DNA of 64,000 nt from Takakia lepidozioides (GCA_030704615.1 CM060733.1:43152001-43216000); one strand, 5' to 3'. Positions 52,201 through 63,334 are shown, counted from the first letter of the stretch. Made by a program: numbers and translations. The notes: generated from the letters alone by a model not told the origin.

Positions 52201-54088
52201 AGCTGTCAGTCTATCAAACACCAGTGATTGCAATATTCACATACTCTGCTCGCAAGTCAGTGGAAAGCCATGACTGAGCAGAGAGAGGACAACTTACTAC
52301 ATCCACATGGGCAAAGATCGCTTGAACAGTGCCATGCTGCTGCAGAGCCTGCGCAATCAATGTGTAGTCACGGCGAAACGGCAACCAAAGAGCTCCCAAG
52401 TATTCTACAGGACTCGACAACACCTTGATGTAAGGATTGGCTGCTTCCAACACTTGCAATGCATGAACCTCTCCTCCCAAATTCACCTGTCACCCACGCA
52501 ATAATCTTTATCCCGACCTCAAGGTTCACAAACAAACCACACCAAGCACATAAAAATTAACCACCATTTCACCTAAAATTCAGGCTGAAAAAAAACCTGG
52601 TCATGATTGCCAGGAATAAAAATGGCAGGGCAATCCCACATTTGCAGCTCCATTACAGCCATATTCAAGAGCTCCACAGGTAGCGCTCCTCTTGCATGCC
52701 AAAAGTCCCCCAAAAATACAATGCCTGCCTTCCTGCACAGCCCTTGTTACCTGTGACTGGCCTGCCCGCTTGCATTTCTAGAGGGTAATGCTTAAAAGAG
52801 TACACTTGTTGGCGAAAAATTGGTCCTGTGTTCAGAACAGAAGCCTAACCTGGCACATGCCTCAGCATGGACGGTTCGAAGAACTTGCAGACATGTGTCA
52901 TAAGTGCGCCTACTCAAATGTAAATCTGAGAACACCACCCATGTTTCCACTTCTGTCCACACATCCACAACCTGAGACAATCTCCCACCATAAAATCTTG
53001 CTCTTAGCATGAGCACATGCTTGACACCTTTAAGTCGTGTACCCTATGTGGCAATGCAAACACAAATGGTGTGTAAAAGGTGTGCCAAACTAAGGGATGA
53101 GGACATTGAGCAATAATCCTTGTCAACTTCCATCTGGCAAAGGAAGGTGACAGGCATATTAACTTGCAACTGTCAATCAATAACATAAGAACCAAGAGTC
53201 AAGAGAAAGATTTTTGCCCATTCACATCTGCATGGCACTAAATCAAGCTGCGAAGTGGGGACTTGCTACAAAATCATGACCACCACCTGTCCAGGGCAAG
53301 TGGAAGGGAGCTGTGTATCAGCAAGGTGCGATCACAGATGCAGATGACACCAGGGAGTGCATCTACTATTCCAATTGCTGAGGGTGAGAGGGTGGGCAGT
53401 GGTGCATGGAGCCATCCTGATATATGAAATAGGAAGAAGCTACCGGCCATGTGTGCTCTATCACCTGTCTACTTTGTTGGCCATAATTTCTGGTTGTCTT
53501 CACATGCAATTGCCTGACGACTCAGTTCTGTGTTAACACAGCATTTTACTGATTGTGGGTTATTCTGTGCAGACGAAACGGGTAGGTGTCTCTTACTTCC
53601 AAAGACCCAGTCAGAGATTACGCTAGTACTGATGCACCCGGACGTAGAGAACTTCCACCTAACGAGGGGTGAAACAGGAACAAAGTAGCTAAACCGTGGA
53701 AGAGCATGAAATCAAACTCAGATCAGTGCCTCACTTGAAGCTGAAGTGGTACCTAACTTAGACTCACCGTCTTGGCACGTGAAGATGGAGAACTAGCAAC
53801 TTCCGTGTCAGCAAAGGGTGCGCTCGAATTTATAGGTTTTCGGATGCAGAGTTTTGCAGCGGGTACATTCACATGGGTCAAATTGGCAGTTGCGAAAACA
53901 TATTTGCTGCCAGACGAGGTGCGCGAAGCAAGCTTCCACTGGCCTGGAATTCGGGGAGCCCCAAGCGATGTAAGTCCCGTTGTCCTGCAGGAGCAAAGAG
54001 TCGCCTGCAATGCTACTACAGGCCAACCGCATGATGCCATACATGATCGCGCCAGCGTCATATGCTTGAGTAATGGCGCAACAGCCAT
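40202..54088 (-). CDS. Single-chain SbcD(Mre11-like nuclease)-SbcC(Rad50-like ABC-ATPase) fusion with transit-peptide-like N-terminus, about 20 or more exons
   Basis: Phosphoesterase motifs FSDLH (52971-52850), LGDFWH and PGNHD (52732-52597), FAH (~52310), TGHYH and YVGSPYQ (51732-51523). Linker exon 49903-49780 splices in phase to 48734 (VHLKLEGIEMEGFG; Walker A SNGAGKT 48586-48606). Coiled-coil exons, Zn-hook CENC (~44985), LSGGERRR (~41795), LLVLDE and HLD (40.3-40.6 kb), stop at 40202. Some central exons not resolved. Confidence 0.88.
45495..45701 (-). repeat. Intronic SINE/MITE-like repeat related to 48987-49132
   Basis: Reverse complements gctacttccttccctttggaaggtggac and ttgaacccacaaccact match 48989-49016 and 49024-49040. 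Confidence 0.5.
48987..49132 (+). repeat. Intronic element with imperfect terminal inverted repeats and a B-box-like motif
   Basis: gggctactgcct..ggtggac ... gtccacc..aggcagtaccc; GGTTTGAACCC at 49021-49031. Confidence 0.45.
51225..51273 (+). repeat. 21-bp tandem duplication (atggccacctagtcaagatat x2.3), intronic
   Basis: Directly visible. Confidence 0.9.
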
Positions 54089-54584
54089 CCAGGAACGGCC
54101 CGGACCATCAGCAGTATGAGAGCGCAGTGTGCGCACTATCAACTGCGATGTTCATGTGTGAGAGAAGGCGCAATGTAGGTAGGCGTATCCTATGCACCGG
54201 GCTCGTTCTCCCTCTCTCTCGTCTTCATGGTCTTATCGCTACCTAGATTCCCATCCTTCTCTGCGTGGGTCAGTGAGCTGTGGACTTGTTCTCTCTTCTT
54301 CTTGAAGCAGCAAACAGAGAGGAAAGGGAGAGTGCAATTGCCCGTTGTGTGGGCAATCTGAAGACAGTATTCATTTTCTGATACACTGTCCGGGGTTCTC
54401 TCACCAAAGACACGCTCTCTTCAACTCTATCAAGGGAATTGTGCCTGTACCCCCTGTTTACCAACTTTGAAATCTCGAGGCTGAGCCAAAAGCCCAGGCC
54501 CTAGTTTTTGGGCAAATCACACTCAGCAGATTGATGCTTGTGTGAAGGGATTTCTAGAGGATATCTGGAAAACCCGGATTAATT

Positions 54585-56200
54585 CTTCTTCTTTTTTTCG
54601 CGGAACAGGGGGGTGTGGCCCTGTTTTACTTTATTGAAAAAGGGAAAGATACAAGCATAGCATCATGAGGAAAAAATAACCTCAATATCAAAGTGCCATA
54701 GAGGCTGATGTACATCTGGCTTTCCAGATATTCCATAGCGTCTGAGCTCTGAGGGAACCCCATACCGGGCAAGGTGACCACAATGCATCCTCTTGAAAAT
54801 TAAGAAGTAACACTGAGGTATCATCCCGAGGGAGAGGGTTCCAGAAGGAGTAGAAATTCCGGACCATACGCCAGGAAGCACGGGCAGCGTGACAGTACAG
54901 TAGGCAATGCTCCATGGTTTCAGGCACGTTCATGTTGCAAAGCTTACAAACTGAGCTAGCATCAGAGACAGAGTAAGAGACTGGGAGAATTCTGTTAACC
55001 ATCTTCCATCGAAAGCCCGACAGCTTTGCAGCCCGGTCTTTCCTCCAAATATCCTTCCAAATGCACTTCCAAGATTTGGGATGGCCGGAGAAATGAGCCC
55101 ATTTCTTGGTAAACTTGAGATCCACTGGGATATGGAAGTTGAGTAAAGAGTACCCTTTCTTGACCGTGTAAGAGAAGAAAGGCGAGTGCTTCTTATCTTG
55201 CCAAATCCATTCACCAGGGTCGAACTGTAGCAAGGTTAGCGGAGCCAACAAAAACCAGAGGAAGTGAGAGCTTTGGTGGCAGCCATTGGCCGCTGAGGGG
55301 CTGATCTTGCCAGTGTTCATACAAATGACTCTGATGGCGTAGAGGGCAACTTCCTCGCAATGAGAAATTCCAGGAGAGTGTAAAAAACCAGAAGGGTGGA
55401 CTTTAAACAACCAGCCCCCAAGGGAAGAGCCATCCCGGGACATAGCAAAGAAAGCTTTTTTGGGAATGATACCCTCCAAACCCCACCATGTGTTGAGGGC
55501 CTTCCTGTTACTGGGATGGGAGGTCATTCTATATATGAAGGTAAGTCTTACTACCAACGTCACCCCCTGAGAGAGGTAGGTTCTGTCCCTTTTGTTCCCG
55601 CTCAAACTGGGCACGGGGTCAATGGCCACAAGGCTACGGCAAACAACGTCTTATGAGTACAATCTCTTCTGGTGGTGTTCTTGGATCAATGCCAATATTG
55701 CTTCTGGATCCTATATAGGAGGAACTCTCGTGCATAATTTTAAGCGAGGATTCTCCAATCTGGAAAGTCCAGGGTCCCAAGCTAGTTTCTAGTGGTGATC
55801 CGTAGAACACAAGTCATGTGAGAAGGGTATATAATAAGAGTGAAGCTAAAACGATCAGGTCAGAAAGTGGCAACGCAGTTGTTTCAAGACTGTGAAATGA
55901 GGGTGATGGATAGGCCTTCATTTATTTTGCAACAATGGCCTCCCCTGGTCGAGGTTCATAAGGCAGAGGAGGCTACCTCAGGAGCAGTGTTACTACTGTA
56001 CATAATATTACAGCTCTGCCCCCTAACAACATAATTTCAGGATGTACTGAGCCTATGCTCCTCAATAGATGCCTTCCACCATTGCCAACCACTAACAACT
56101 CTTTGAAAGGTCTACTCTCTTCAAGCCAACGTTTTGCAAGAAAGAAGTGAGCATAAGTCTGCCTGGTTTTCCATTCCATTCCAGAGGGCATGTTTCACAT
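54585..56200 (-). mobile_element. 5'-truncated L1-like LINE (zf-RVT region and 3' end)
   Basis: ORF 54688-55629: WKCIWKDIW..KLSGFRW, CKLC....ETMEHCLLYC, LWNIWKARC. AATAAA, stem-loop and A-rich tail at 54585-54635 on the minus strand. 5' limit approximate. Confidence 0.8.
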
Positions 56201-57117
56201 GAGAGATTGCCTCAGAACACAATGTCATGAATAAAGTACGCTCTCTTGTTCTTCATCTCATCTCTTATCTATTGACAAAAAAACATCTGACAGACTGAAG
56301 GGGGCTTGCGCAGCTAGGCCTGAAAAACTTTCCCTCCACAATGTCGGGTAACAAACCATTTGTAAACCCAGTCTCCCTGGAAAAGAAACAGCCTCCTGAG
56401 TGAGAATGATCTGTTTGTAGGGACCTTTAGGTTCTTTAATCGGCTCATACCCAGCTCTCTGTTTCTTCAAGGGCTTCGTGGCAGAAGGGCCCACCTTTGC
56501 AGCACTTGAGGTTACAAATCAACAAGCCTCTCAATCTGCACTCACTAGTGCATGGGTTGTCAAAGTTTTGCCTTCAACTTTGAACCACACAGGTGGTGGA
56601 AGGTCTCTTTATCCACTTTCGCTAAATGCTTACATGTCCAAGGGTCCAAGGTAGCACGGAATGTCACTGATATCAAAATCATCACAACTTCCATCTTGAC
56701 CGGATTATTCTTAAAAACAAAACTACCCCACTTCTAAGGGCATATGAATTCTTTAAATGTCTGGTGGCCCTGTATTCTCACTGCAGTCACTTCATGCAAA
56801 TATCTTGTCAAGAAAGGTTGTAAGAGTGCTCCATACAGCCCTTAGTATATGAGTACAAGAGAACTATGGTATCAAAGGTATATCGTCTCTAGCTTATGAA
56901 CAAATGAAGGACAAGGAGGTCGATTCCAGACCACTCTGAAGTTTTCAACTGGTTCTTTCAAGTCCTAAACATTGCGTAACATTCTAAATGCAGAGCTCAT
57001 ACATGGCGAGCAAGATCGAATAATTTTCTTCCTCTCCTTTTTGCAGCATCACCCTCAAATCACCTACACATGCTCCGATGAGTGCAGACAACATTGACAA
57101 AGCAGGTGGTCCAAAGG

Positions 57118-58077
57118 TCACAGCTCGCCTGTTCCCAAGGGCTGACGTGACGAGTCCCCCGAAGCCCATGCATAGTAGTCCTTGCCCAGCTGGGCAAGGA
57201 ATCGAGGTAGCATAACTTTTAGTAATTGAGACAACACCTTGTTGCCAGCTCCTTCGATGGCTCCTATAGGAAGCGCCCGGAAAGCTGGAGGAATCTCTAT
57301 GGTCACCTCGATGGTTGTGTCAGAATTCAGATGCCGAGCTAATGAAGGTCTTTCACTTTCACTCCAAGAGACCTTGTTCACCATACTTGCCGAAAACTTT
57401 TTGTTCTGCGCAACCACAATCGGAGACCCCTCCAGCGTGCAGGAGAGAAGGCGAATGCAGCAACCATTGGGCTGCTCTTCCACGCGCACCAGCAGCACAG
57501 GCACCACTTCAAATTTAAAGAATTTGAGGCGGTGGGCATAGCATCTGAACATAGTGTCATCCACGCGCTCGATACGTTCAGCATCCAGCACTGAGTATTG
57601 GCTTGCCGGCAAGCTCATATACTGCGCAAGCGGGCGCTGAACCTCCTCAATCCTGAAACTCTCACTCCGCTGGGCCACCAGCCTCGCCCTCGGCCCTAAT
57701 TTCCCTGTGTCCTCTTCCCTTTTGTCAAGCACCGAATTCTGCCCTCCAGCACCCTCGCCATTTCGGCCTGAAATCTCTGAAACCCGTGCAACCAAACCAC
57801 GGTTCCCACCCCATTTCCTGCCACTTGATTTTACTGGCCTGCATCCATAGCCGCATGGACTCCATCCCTCATCTAATATACAGAGCAACCTAGAAACGTG
57901 CTTGGAATGTATCCTCTTCGGACCTGAGAGGTCTCCAGAGATGAGCAAGCGATGCGACGTCCCCCACCTATAGCCTTTGCATGTTGCGCACACAAGTGAA
58001 GATGGCACATACACAGATGGGTGTTCCAACGCTGGGACAGTAGCAAGCCAGGAAACTCTGGCTGCGCACACCGCCAT
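57118..58077 (-). CDS. DUF1997 family protein, probably plastid-targeted, intronless
   Basis: QRPLAQYMSLPASQYSVLDAERIERVDDTMFRCY, LEGSPIVVAQNKKFSASMVN, MLPRFLAQLGKDYYAWASGDSSRQPLGTG; ATG at 58077 with Ser/Arg-rich leader. Confidence 0.88.
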   Translation of the reverse strand: MAVCAARVSWLATVPALEHPSVYVPSSLVCATCKGYRWGTSHRLLISGDLSGPKRIHSKHVSRLLCILDEGWSPCGYGCRPVKSSGRKWGGNRGLVARVSEISGRNGEGAGGQNSVLDKREEDTGKLGPRARLVAQRSESFRIEEVQRPLAQYMSLPASQYSVLDAERIERVDDTMFRCYAHRLKFFKFEVVPVLLVRVEEQPNGCCIRLLSCTLEGSPIVVAQNKKFSASMVNKVSWSESERPSLARHLNSDTTIEVTIEIPPAFRALPIGAIEGAGNKVLSQLLKVMLPRFLAQLGKDYYAWASGDSSRQPLGTGEL

Positions 58078-58279
58078 GGCCGTGGTGGGCCTGCTGCTAT
58101 GCACTCCCACACCCTCTCTAAGACTTCGGGGCTTTTTGAGTCTGACGAGCGTGGACACGAGAAGTACGATGAGCGGCGTCGCCGCCAGACCTCGGCAAGG
58201 CCTGCAGCGCCGCCAACTTAGTGGAGGTGTTGGCGACAGCGGTAGCAGCTTTAAGTGAGCAAGCGGCCGCTGTGCAACA

Positions 58280-59608
58280 GTGGGCCCCACGCCGGTCAGG
58301 TGGCCTCGATCGCCTCGTCCCCAAGCTCGATCAGCCCCCTATAGGCAGCCAACTCCAGCCCTGACCCTCACCACAAACCCTTTACTGCCTACTCCACCAT
58401 CCCTGGCAGTTCGTTCCCCAGAGCAACGAGAGGTGCTGAACACAGCCGCAACTGCTCCTACTGGAAGACCTGCTCCTCTTGGAAGACCCCAACGCCAACG
58501 TACCCCTACCCCTAGCTCACATGTTCCTGATGTGCACCAGAGTCCAAGCTCCGGACACCAAGTTCAAGAAGAGTCGTCATCTTCACAACGGTCTTTTCCA
58601 CCGCTGATTCCAGGTTCTTCCATTGGTGCCCCACCGACCGAAGAACTCCCACAGTGTCTGTTGAGCCCTCCCCCACTGCGCCTCTCAGGTAGGGTTCGAG
58701 GTCCCACGCTAGTCACTTCTCCTCCAGGTTCTCCATCCCATTCTCGGCAGCGGCTTCAAGGCAGCCCAACTCCTCTTGGTCATGAGCCTCTCCACGTGCC
58801 TTCTTCTCCAGTTGTGCAGCCTGCATTGCCGACCCCACTCTTACCCCAACAGCAGGCGCCTCTCCCATCAGACCGTACCCCATGCCCAGCTTGCGGTCGT
58901 CTTTTTGCGCGCATCAGAGGGCTTGCGCGACACCAGCGCACGTGTGCGGCTCTTCATCAGTCCCCCACAAATGGTACTTCTCCATTTCAGCCCAATGTCT
59001 TGCACGCGCCACCTCCTGCCTCTGCTTGGCATTGGCTTTCAGCGCTAGATGTTCTAGGCGCATTTCAGCTAGGACTGCTAAGGCCTCGTCTTTATACAAA
59101 GAATTCTGGTGGCACTACGTCATGAGGTCCAACTGGCACTCCGTCTACCCTTAGACAGGCTGGCTCGTGATCCTGATGATATACCAGCATGGTATCTTTT
59201 CTTGTTATTTCCTCAGTGGTGTTTGGTTTTGCCCCCTCGTGGCGGTCAGTTAGGGCACAGAGAGACGCGCATCCGTCTTCGCCGTTTTTTATCTGGAGAT
59301 TGGGATAGTCTGTAAGATGAGCATCAATTACGGGCACTAGCCCTTGCGGCACGCGCCCCTCCCGCTTCCTCCACGCAGCCACCCTCATCGGCCCACAGGC
59401 GACTTCGTCATAGTCCCATGTTAGGCCGCGTTGGCGAGTACTCACGCGCGGCCAAGGCTTTAGCACCTTCCTCACCAGCGCCTCCATCACCGGATACTGT
59501 CACTGCCCTCGAAGCCCTTCACCCATCAGCTCAGGATATTCTGCCGTTTTTTGTTGAGGACTTCGAGCCAGACTAGGATCTCAAGCTAGATCGGGAGGTC
59601 TTCACTCA
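58280..59608 (+). mobile_element. N-terminal fragment of a CRE-like (RLE-type) non-LTR retrotransposon, degenerate
   Basis: Pro-rich leader, zinc finger CPACGRLFARIRGLARHQRTC, then PPRGG..RLRRFLSGDW and GEYSRAAKALAP..P..DTVTALEALHP (pre-RT region); stops and frameshift; RT absent. Confidence 0.6.
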
Positions 59609-60773
59609 GACTTGTTTGGCGGGATCAGCACCGGATTGGCTGCTGTTTTTCAGGCAGGTGTACGGGTACGGCGTTACCTGTATGTGGAGAGGGATGAGAC
59701 TGCACGACGCGTCTCCCTACGCCATGTTGCTCAGTTGGTGCAGCAGTACCATGAGTTGTTGCCGGTGTCTGCAGTTCGTGGATATCAGCAGGCCTTGCCA
59801 GGAGATATTTCGTTGCTGGGGGCGCAGGATTTGGAGTGGGTTGGCTCCATTGATTTGGTAGTGGCAGGTTGGCCCTGCCAAGGGCATTCATCAGCCAGGC
59901 ATGGCAATGGATTGCGAGACTCTGTTTTGGGAGATGATGCGGGTTTTGCGCCACTTACAGCTTCATTAAGCTGTATCTCCGGCATACATCTTAGAGAATG
60001 TGTCACGGATGGGCAATTCTTGGGCCAAGGTGATGGCCAGTGTGCATCAAGTCCGGTCGTGGCTTGGGCCAGCAGTGTTGCTGGATGCAGTTGCAGTGGG
60101 GTCAGGGGCTCATCGTCCACGGTTATGGTGGACTAACTTGATGCCACCCGCACTGCTCAAGCGTGCATTTGATGGGGTGCAGCGGCCAGCACACCTCACA
60201 GTGGATAGCATTTTGGACACAGGGAGGCAGTCTCAGCATGTGAGACATGATGACCGTTCGCCTTTGGCAGTGGTAAACAAGGTGGGTCAACCACGAGCAG
60301 CACTACCTACACTACTCAGCTTCCCAGGATCGCATGCTTTCCGGGATGGTGGACTTGGCCTCCTGTGGGATGCTCAGTTGCAGCAGTTAGTGGAGCATAA
60401 TGCCGACGAGCGAGAGCGGGCTATGGATTTTTCCATTGGGACCATGGTGGTCCCATCTCTTTCTGAGGCTTCACGTCGTCACGTGTTGGGGCAAGCAATG
60501 GATTTCAATTGCTTGACCTGGATTATCAGTTTGGCTATGGCTGAGCAATGTAGAGTGCGGAGTAAACTTCCTTCGACGGTCTCTCTGCCTACCGAGATGC
60601 TACAGGCAGTGAGTAGGGGCAAGCATGTGAGGACAACGGGGTGCAAGCATCCATGGCACACATGGGAGGTGCTCGAGGTTCAGAGGGAGTTGGCAGCCAA
60701 GGTGGCGGTGATGGATGAGGTTAGGGATTTTCCTCGGGTTAAGGAAGTCCTCGAGGATGAGATGATGGGGTAG
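59609..60773 (+). pseudogene. Retroelement-borne C5 cytosine DNA methyltransferase (DNMT3-like), degenerate
   Basis: Motif I DLFGGI, IV AGWPCQG, VI YILENV (59985-60002), VIII AHRPRLWWTN, IX ERERAM, X LGQAMD, in canonical order; intronless; frameshift ~59920 and TAA at 59967-59969. Confidence 0.88.
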
Positions 60774-60841
60774 GATGAGGCCTTATCATTGACTGAGCAA
60801 GCAGGGAGTACTGCTGAACAGGTTACAACATAGCAACCACT

Positions 60842-61102
60842 GGTCAGGGGCTCATCGTCCACGGTTATGGTGGACTAACTTGATGCTACCCGCACTGCTC
60901 AAGCGTGCATTTGATGGGGTGCAGCGGCCAGCACACCTCACAGTGGATAGCATTTTGGACACAGGGAGGCAGTCTCAGCAGTGAGACACGATGACCGTTC
61001 GCCTTTGGCAGTGGTCAACAAGGTGGGTCAACCACGAGCAGCACTACCTACACTACTCAGCTTCCCAGGATCGCATGATTTCCGGGATGGTGGACTTGGC
61101 CT
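60842..61102 (+). repeat. Near-identical local duplicate of the DNMT segment 60100-60362
   Basis: ggtcaggggctcatcgtccacggttatggtggactaacttgatgc...gggatggtggacttggcctc repeated with few changes. Confidence 0.95.
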
Positions 61103-61760
61103 CAAATCATGGTACTAACAGGAGCCAACAGCCCACATTTGCAGGTTGGACAAACTTCTGCACATCGTACATTAAAAAAAAGCCACACCTTGCGATTGCG
61201 GTTGTCGCACCCTCGTGAAGGATCTTTAAAAACCTCATGCCAGCTCTGCTCCATGATTCAAATTCAGGGCCGAGTCTGATGAGAGGGCAAAATAGGCTGA
61301 AATAGGTCGAAGAAGAAGGTGCCCTCACCACATTGTCCTCAACCTTGTGTCATGACCCATGGAGGATTTGACTGACCATGAACCCAAGATGACCTCTTGT
61401 GTGTGCTGCTTGTGTCTGTAGTTAGGTAATGTCGGATTGGTTAGTGAGAACCACCACGGTGCAGCTGAGTGGGCAGAGATTGAAACACGGCATGCTAAGA
61501 CCAAGCTAACTCTCCCAAGAACCTTGTAAACATCAGGAAGAATACCAAATCATGGTACTAACAGGAGCCAACAACCCACATTTGCAGGATGGACAAACTT
61601 CTTCACATCGTACATTAAGAAAAAGCCACACCTTGCGATTGCGGTTCTCCCACCATCGTGAAGGATCTTTAAGAAACTCATGCCAGCTCTGCTCTGTGCT
61701 GTAAAATCAGGGCCGAGCGGGTAGAGATTGAAACACGGCCTGCTAAGACGAAGCTGACTC
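61103..61760 (+). repeat. Inserted host-like repeat: 61103-61250 ~ 61547-61693; 61266-61571 ~ 31704-31991
   Basis: Direct comparison (aaatcatggtactaacaggagccaac...atgccagctctgctc). Confidence 0.85.
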
Positions 61761-62047
61761 TCCCAAGAACGGCGAGCTCCCAGCCGAAACCTCCTCGCAC
61801 ACATACCCTAGCGTTTCTAGGGTTGCTTGCTTCAGATGCGAAGGTTGCTCCAACTGCGGGCCTCCCATGCATGTTTGCCCTCCCTCCCGCTCGCTCTAAG
61901 TCTGTTCACGCTACCGTGATGGGCAACTTTTTAAGTTTTTTAACCTTTTTGTAAACCCTAAAAGCCCCTTTTTGATTTTCTTTTCTTTTTTTGATTTTCT
62001 TAAAGGAAACCACAAGCCCTTGAGGAGGGGAAAAATTCACCCGCCTT

Positions 62048-63334
62048 CAGATCGTGCCTCACCCAACACAGCGTGCACGGTTAGTGCGACATGCCCATGA
62101 GGAGTTGGGGCATTTTGGAGTGCGACGCACTCATAGTTTACTGCAGGGGCAGTATTGGTGGCGTGGTATGCACACAGAGGTGCAACAGTTTGTGGCTAGG
62201 TGCATGGTGTGTGACAGGGTGCGTGCTTCATTCAACGCCCCTACCCCACAGTTGCATCCTTTACCCATCATGGGATTGGGCTACAGGTGGAGTCTTGACT
62301 TCGCAGGGCCTTTGTCACTGACGATGCGTCACTACAGATATGTGTTGGTGATGGTGAAGCACTTTTCCAAGTGGATTGAATTGGTTCCATTGCCTGACAA
62401 GGCTAGTGAGGGGGCTGCGTATGCATTCCTGGATCGTGTGCTTAGCCGATTCGGTGCTCCAGCTGAGGTACTCACGGACCAAGGAAGAGAGTTCTTGGGG
62501 GAGTTTCAGGCTTTGTGTGATAAAGCCTTGATAGACCACCGTACCACTTCTCGGGATCATCCTGAGACCGATGGCTTGGCAGAGAGAGTGGTGCACATGG
62601 TGAAGAGGGGTTTGCATAAGTATGGCTTGCAAAAAGGACACCTAGGAGATTGGGATCTTCAGGTACCTTGGTTAGCCATGGGCTACAGGTTCAGCAAGCA
62701 AGCATCACTTGCCTCCTTCTCACCATATTTTCTTCTCTTTGGCCGAGAGCCGGATTTGCCTGCATCTATTCGCAGGGAGGCTGCAGTAGTCCTCAACCTT
62801 GATGATCCGGATGTGTGGACACAAGCATGTGCCCAACGGGCAGAGTTGTTCAAGAGAGTTATGCCTATGGCTTTTGAGAATCTTGCTATTGCCCAACACC
62901 GAGACACATTGAGTATGCCACTATACGTGGAGGGGGATATCGGCCAGGTGTTCGGCATTTCCACCCTGGGGACTATGTGTATCTGCAGCAGACAGCGCCT
63001 ACGACCTTGGATGTCACAACATGACATGTGATTCTAAGGGTCAGGGAGGTGTGTGCCTTCAGGAGTGTTGATTCTGGAGGGTCGAGATGACATGGTATGG
63101 AAGGACCATGTGCGTAATTGTGCGCCATGTCACCTTCCACATGTGGATGGGAGGATAGATCCCAACCTTGCAGTGGTACCTGCAGGATTGCGTTGCATGC
63201 TATGTGGGCATGCTTGTGGTGCCGTCACTATGCTGGTGTGTGATCGATGCTCAAGAGGTTGGCACATGAGATGCTTGACACCTCTTGAGAGGGTTCCTGA
63301 TGGAGATTGGCTATGTCCACACTGTTTGGGATAG
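62048..63334 (+). mobile_element. Ty3/Gypsy-type integrase with C-terminal PHD finger, degenerate
   Basis: HHCC (HEELGH...CMVC), DDE (WSLDFAGP, LTDQG, GLAER), FHPGDYV after a frameshift at ~62910, then PHD CMLC..CDRC..WHMRC..WLCPHC ending at 63334. Confidence 0.9.

Noticed and set aside
40202-54088. Bacterial contamination or sbcDC operon
   Set aside because: Many spliceosomal introns with consistent phases and flanking plant genes.
59609-60773. Functional host DRM/CMT/MET1 gene
   Set aside because: Non-permuted motifs, no UBA/BAH/chromo domains, intronless, frameshift plus stop, embedded in TE sequence.
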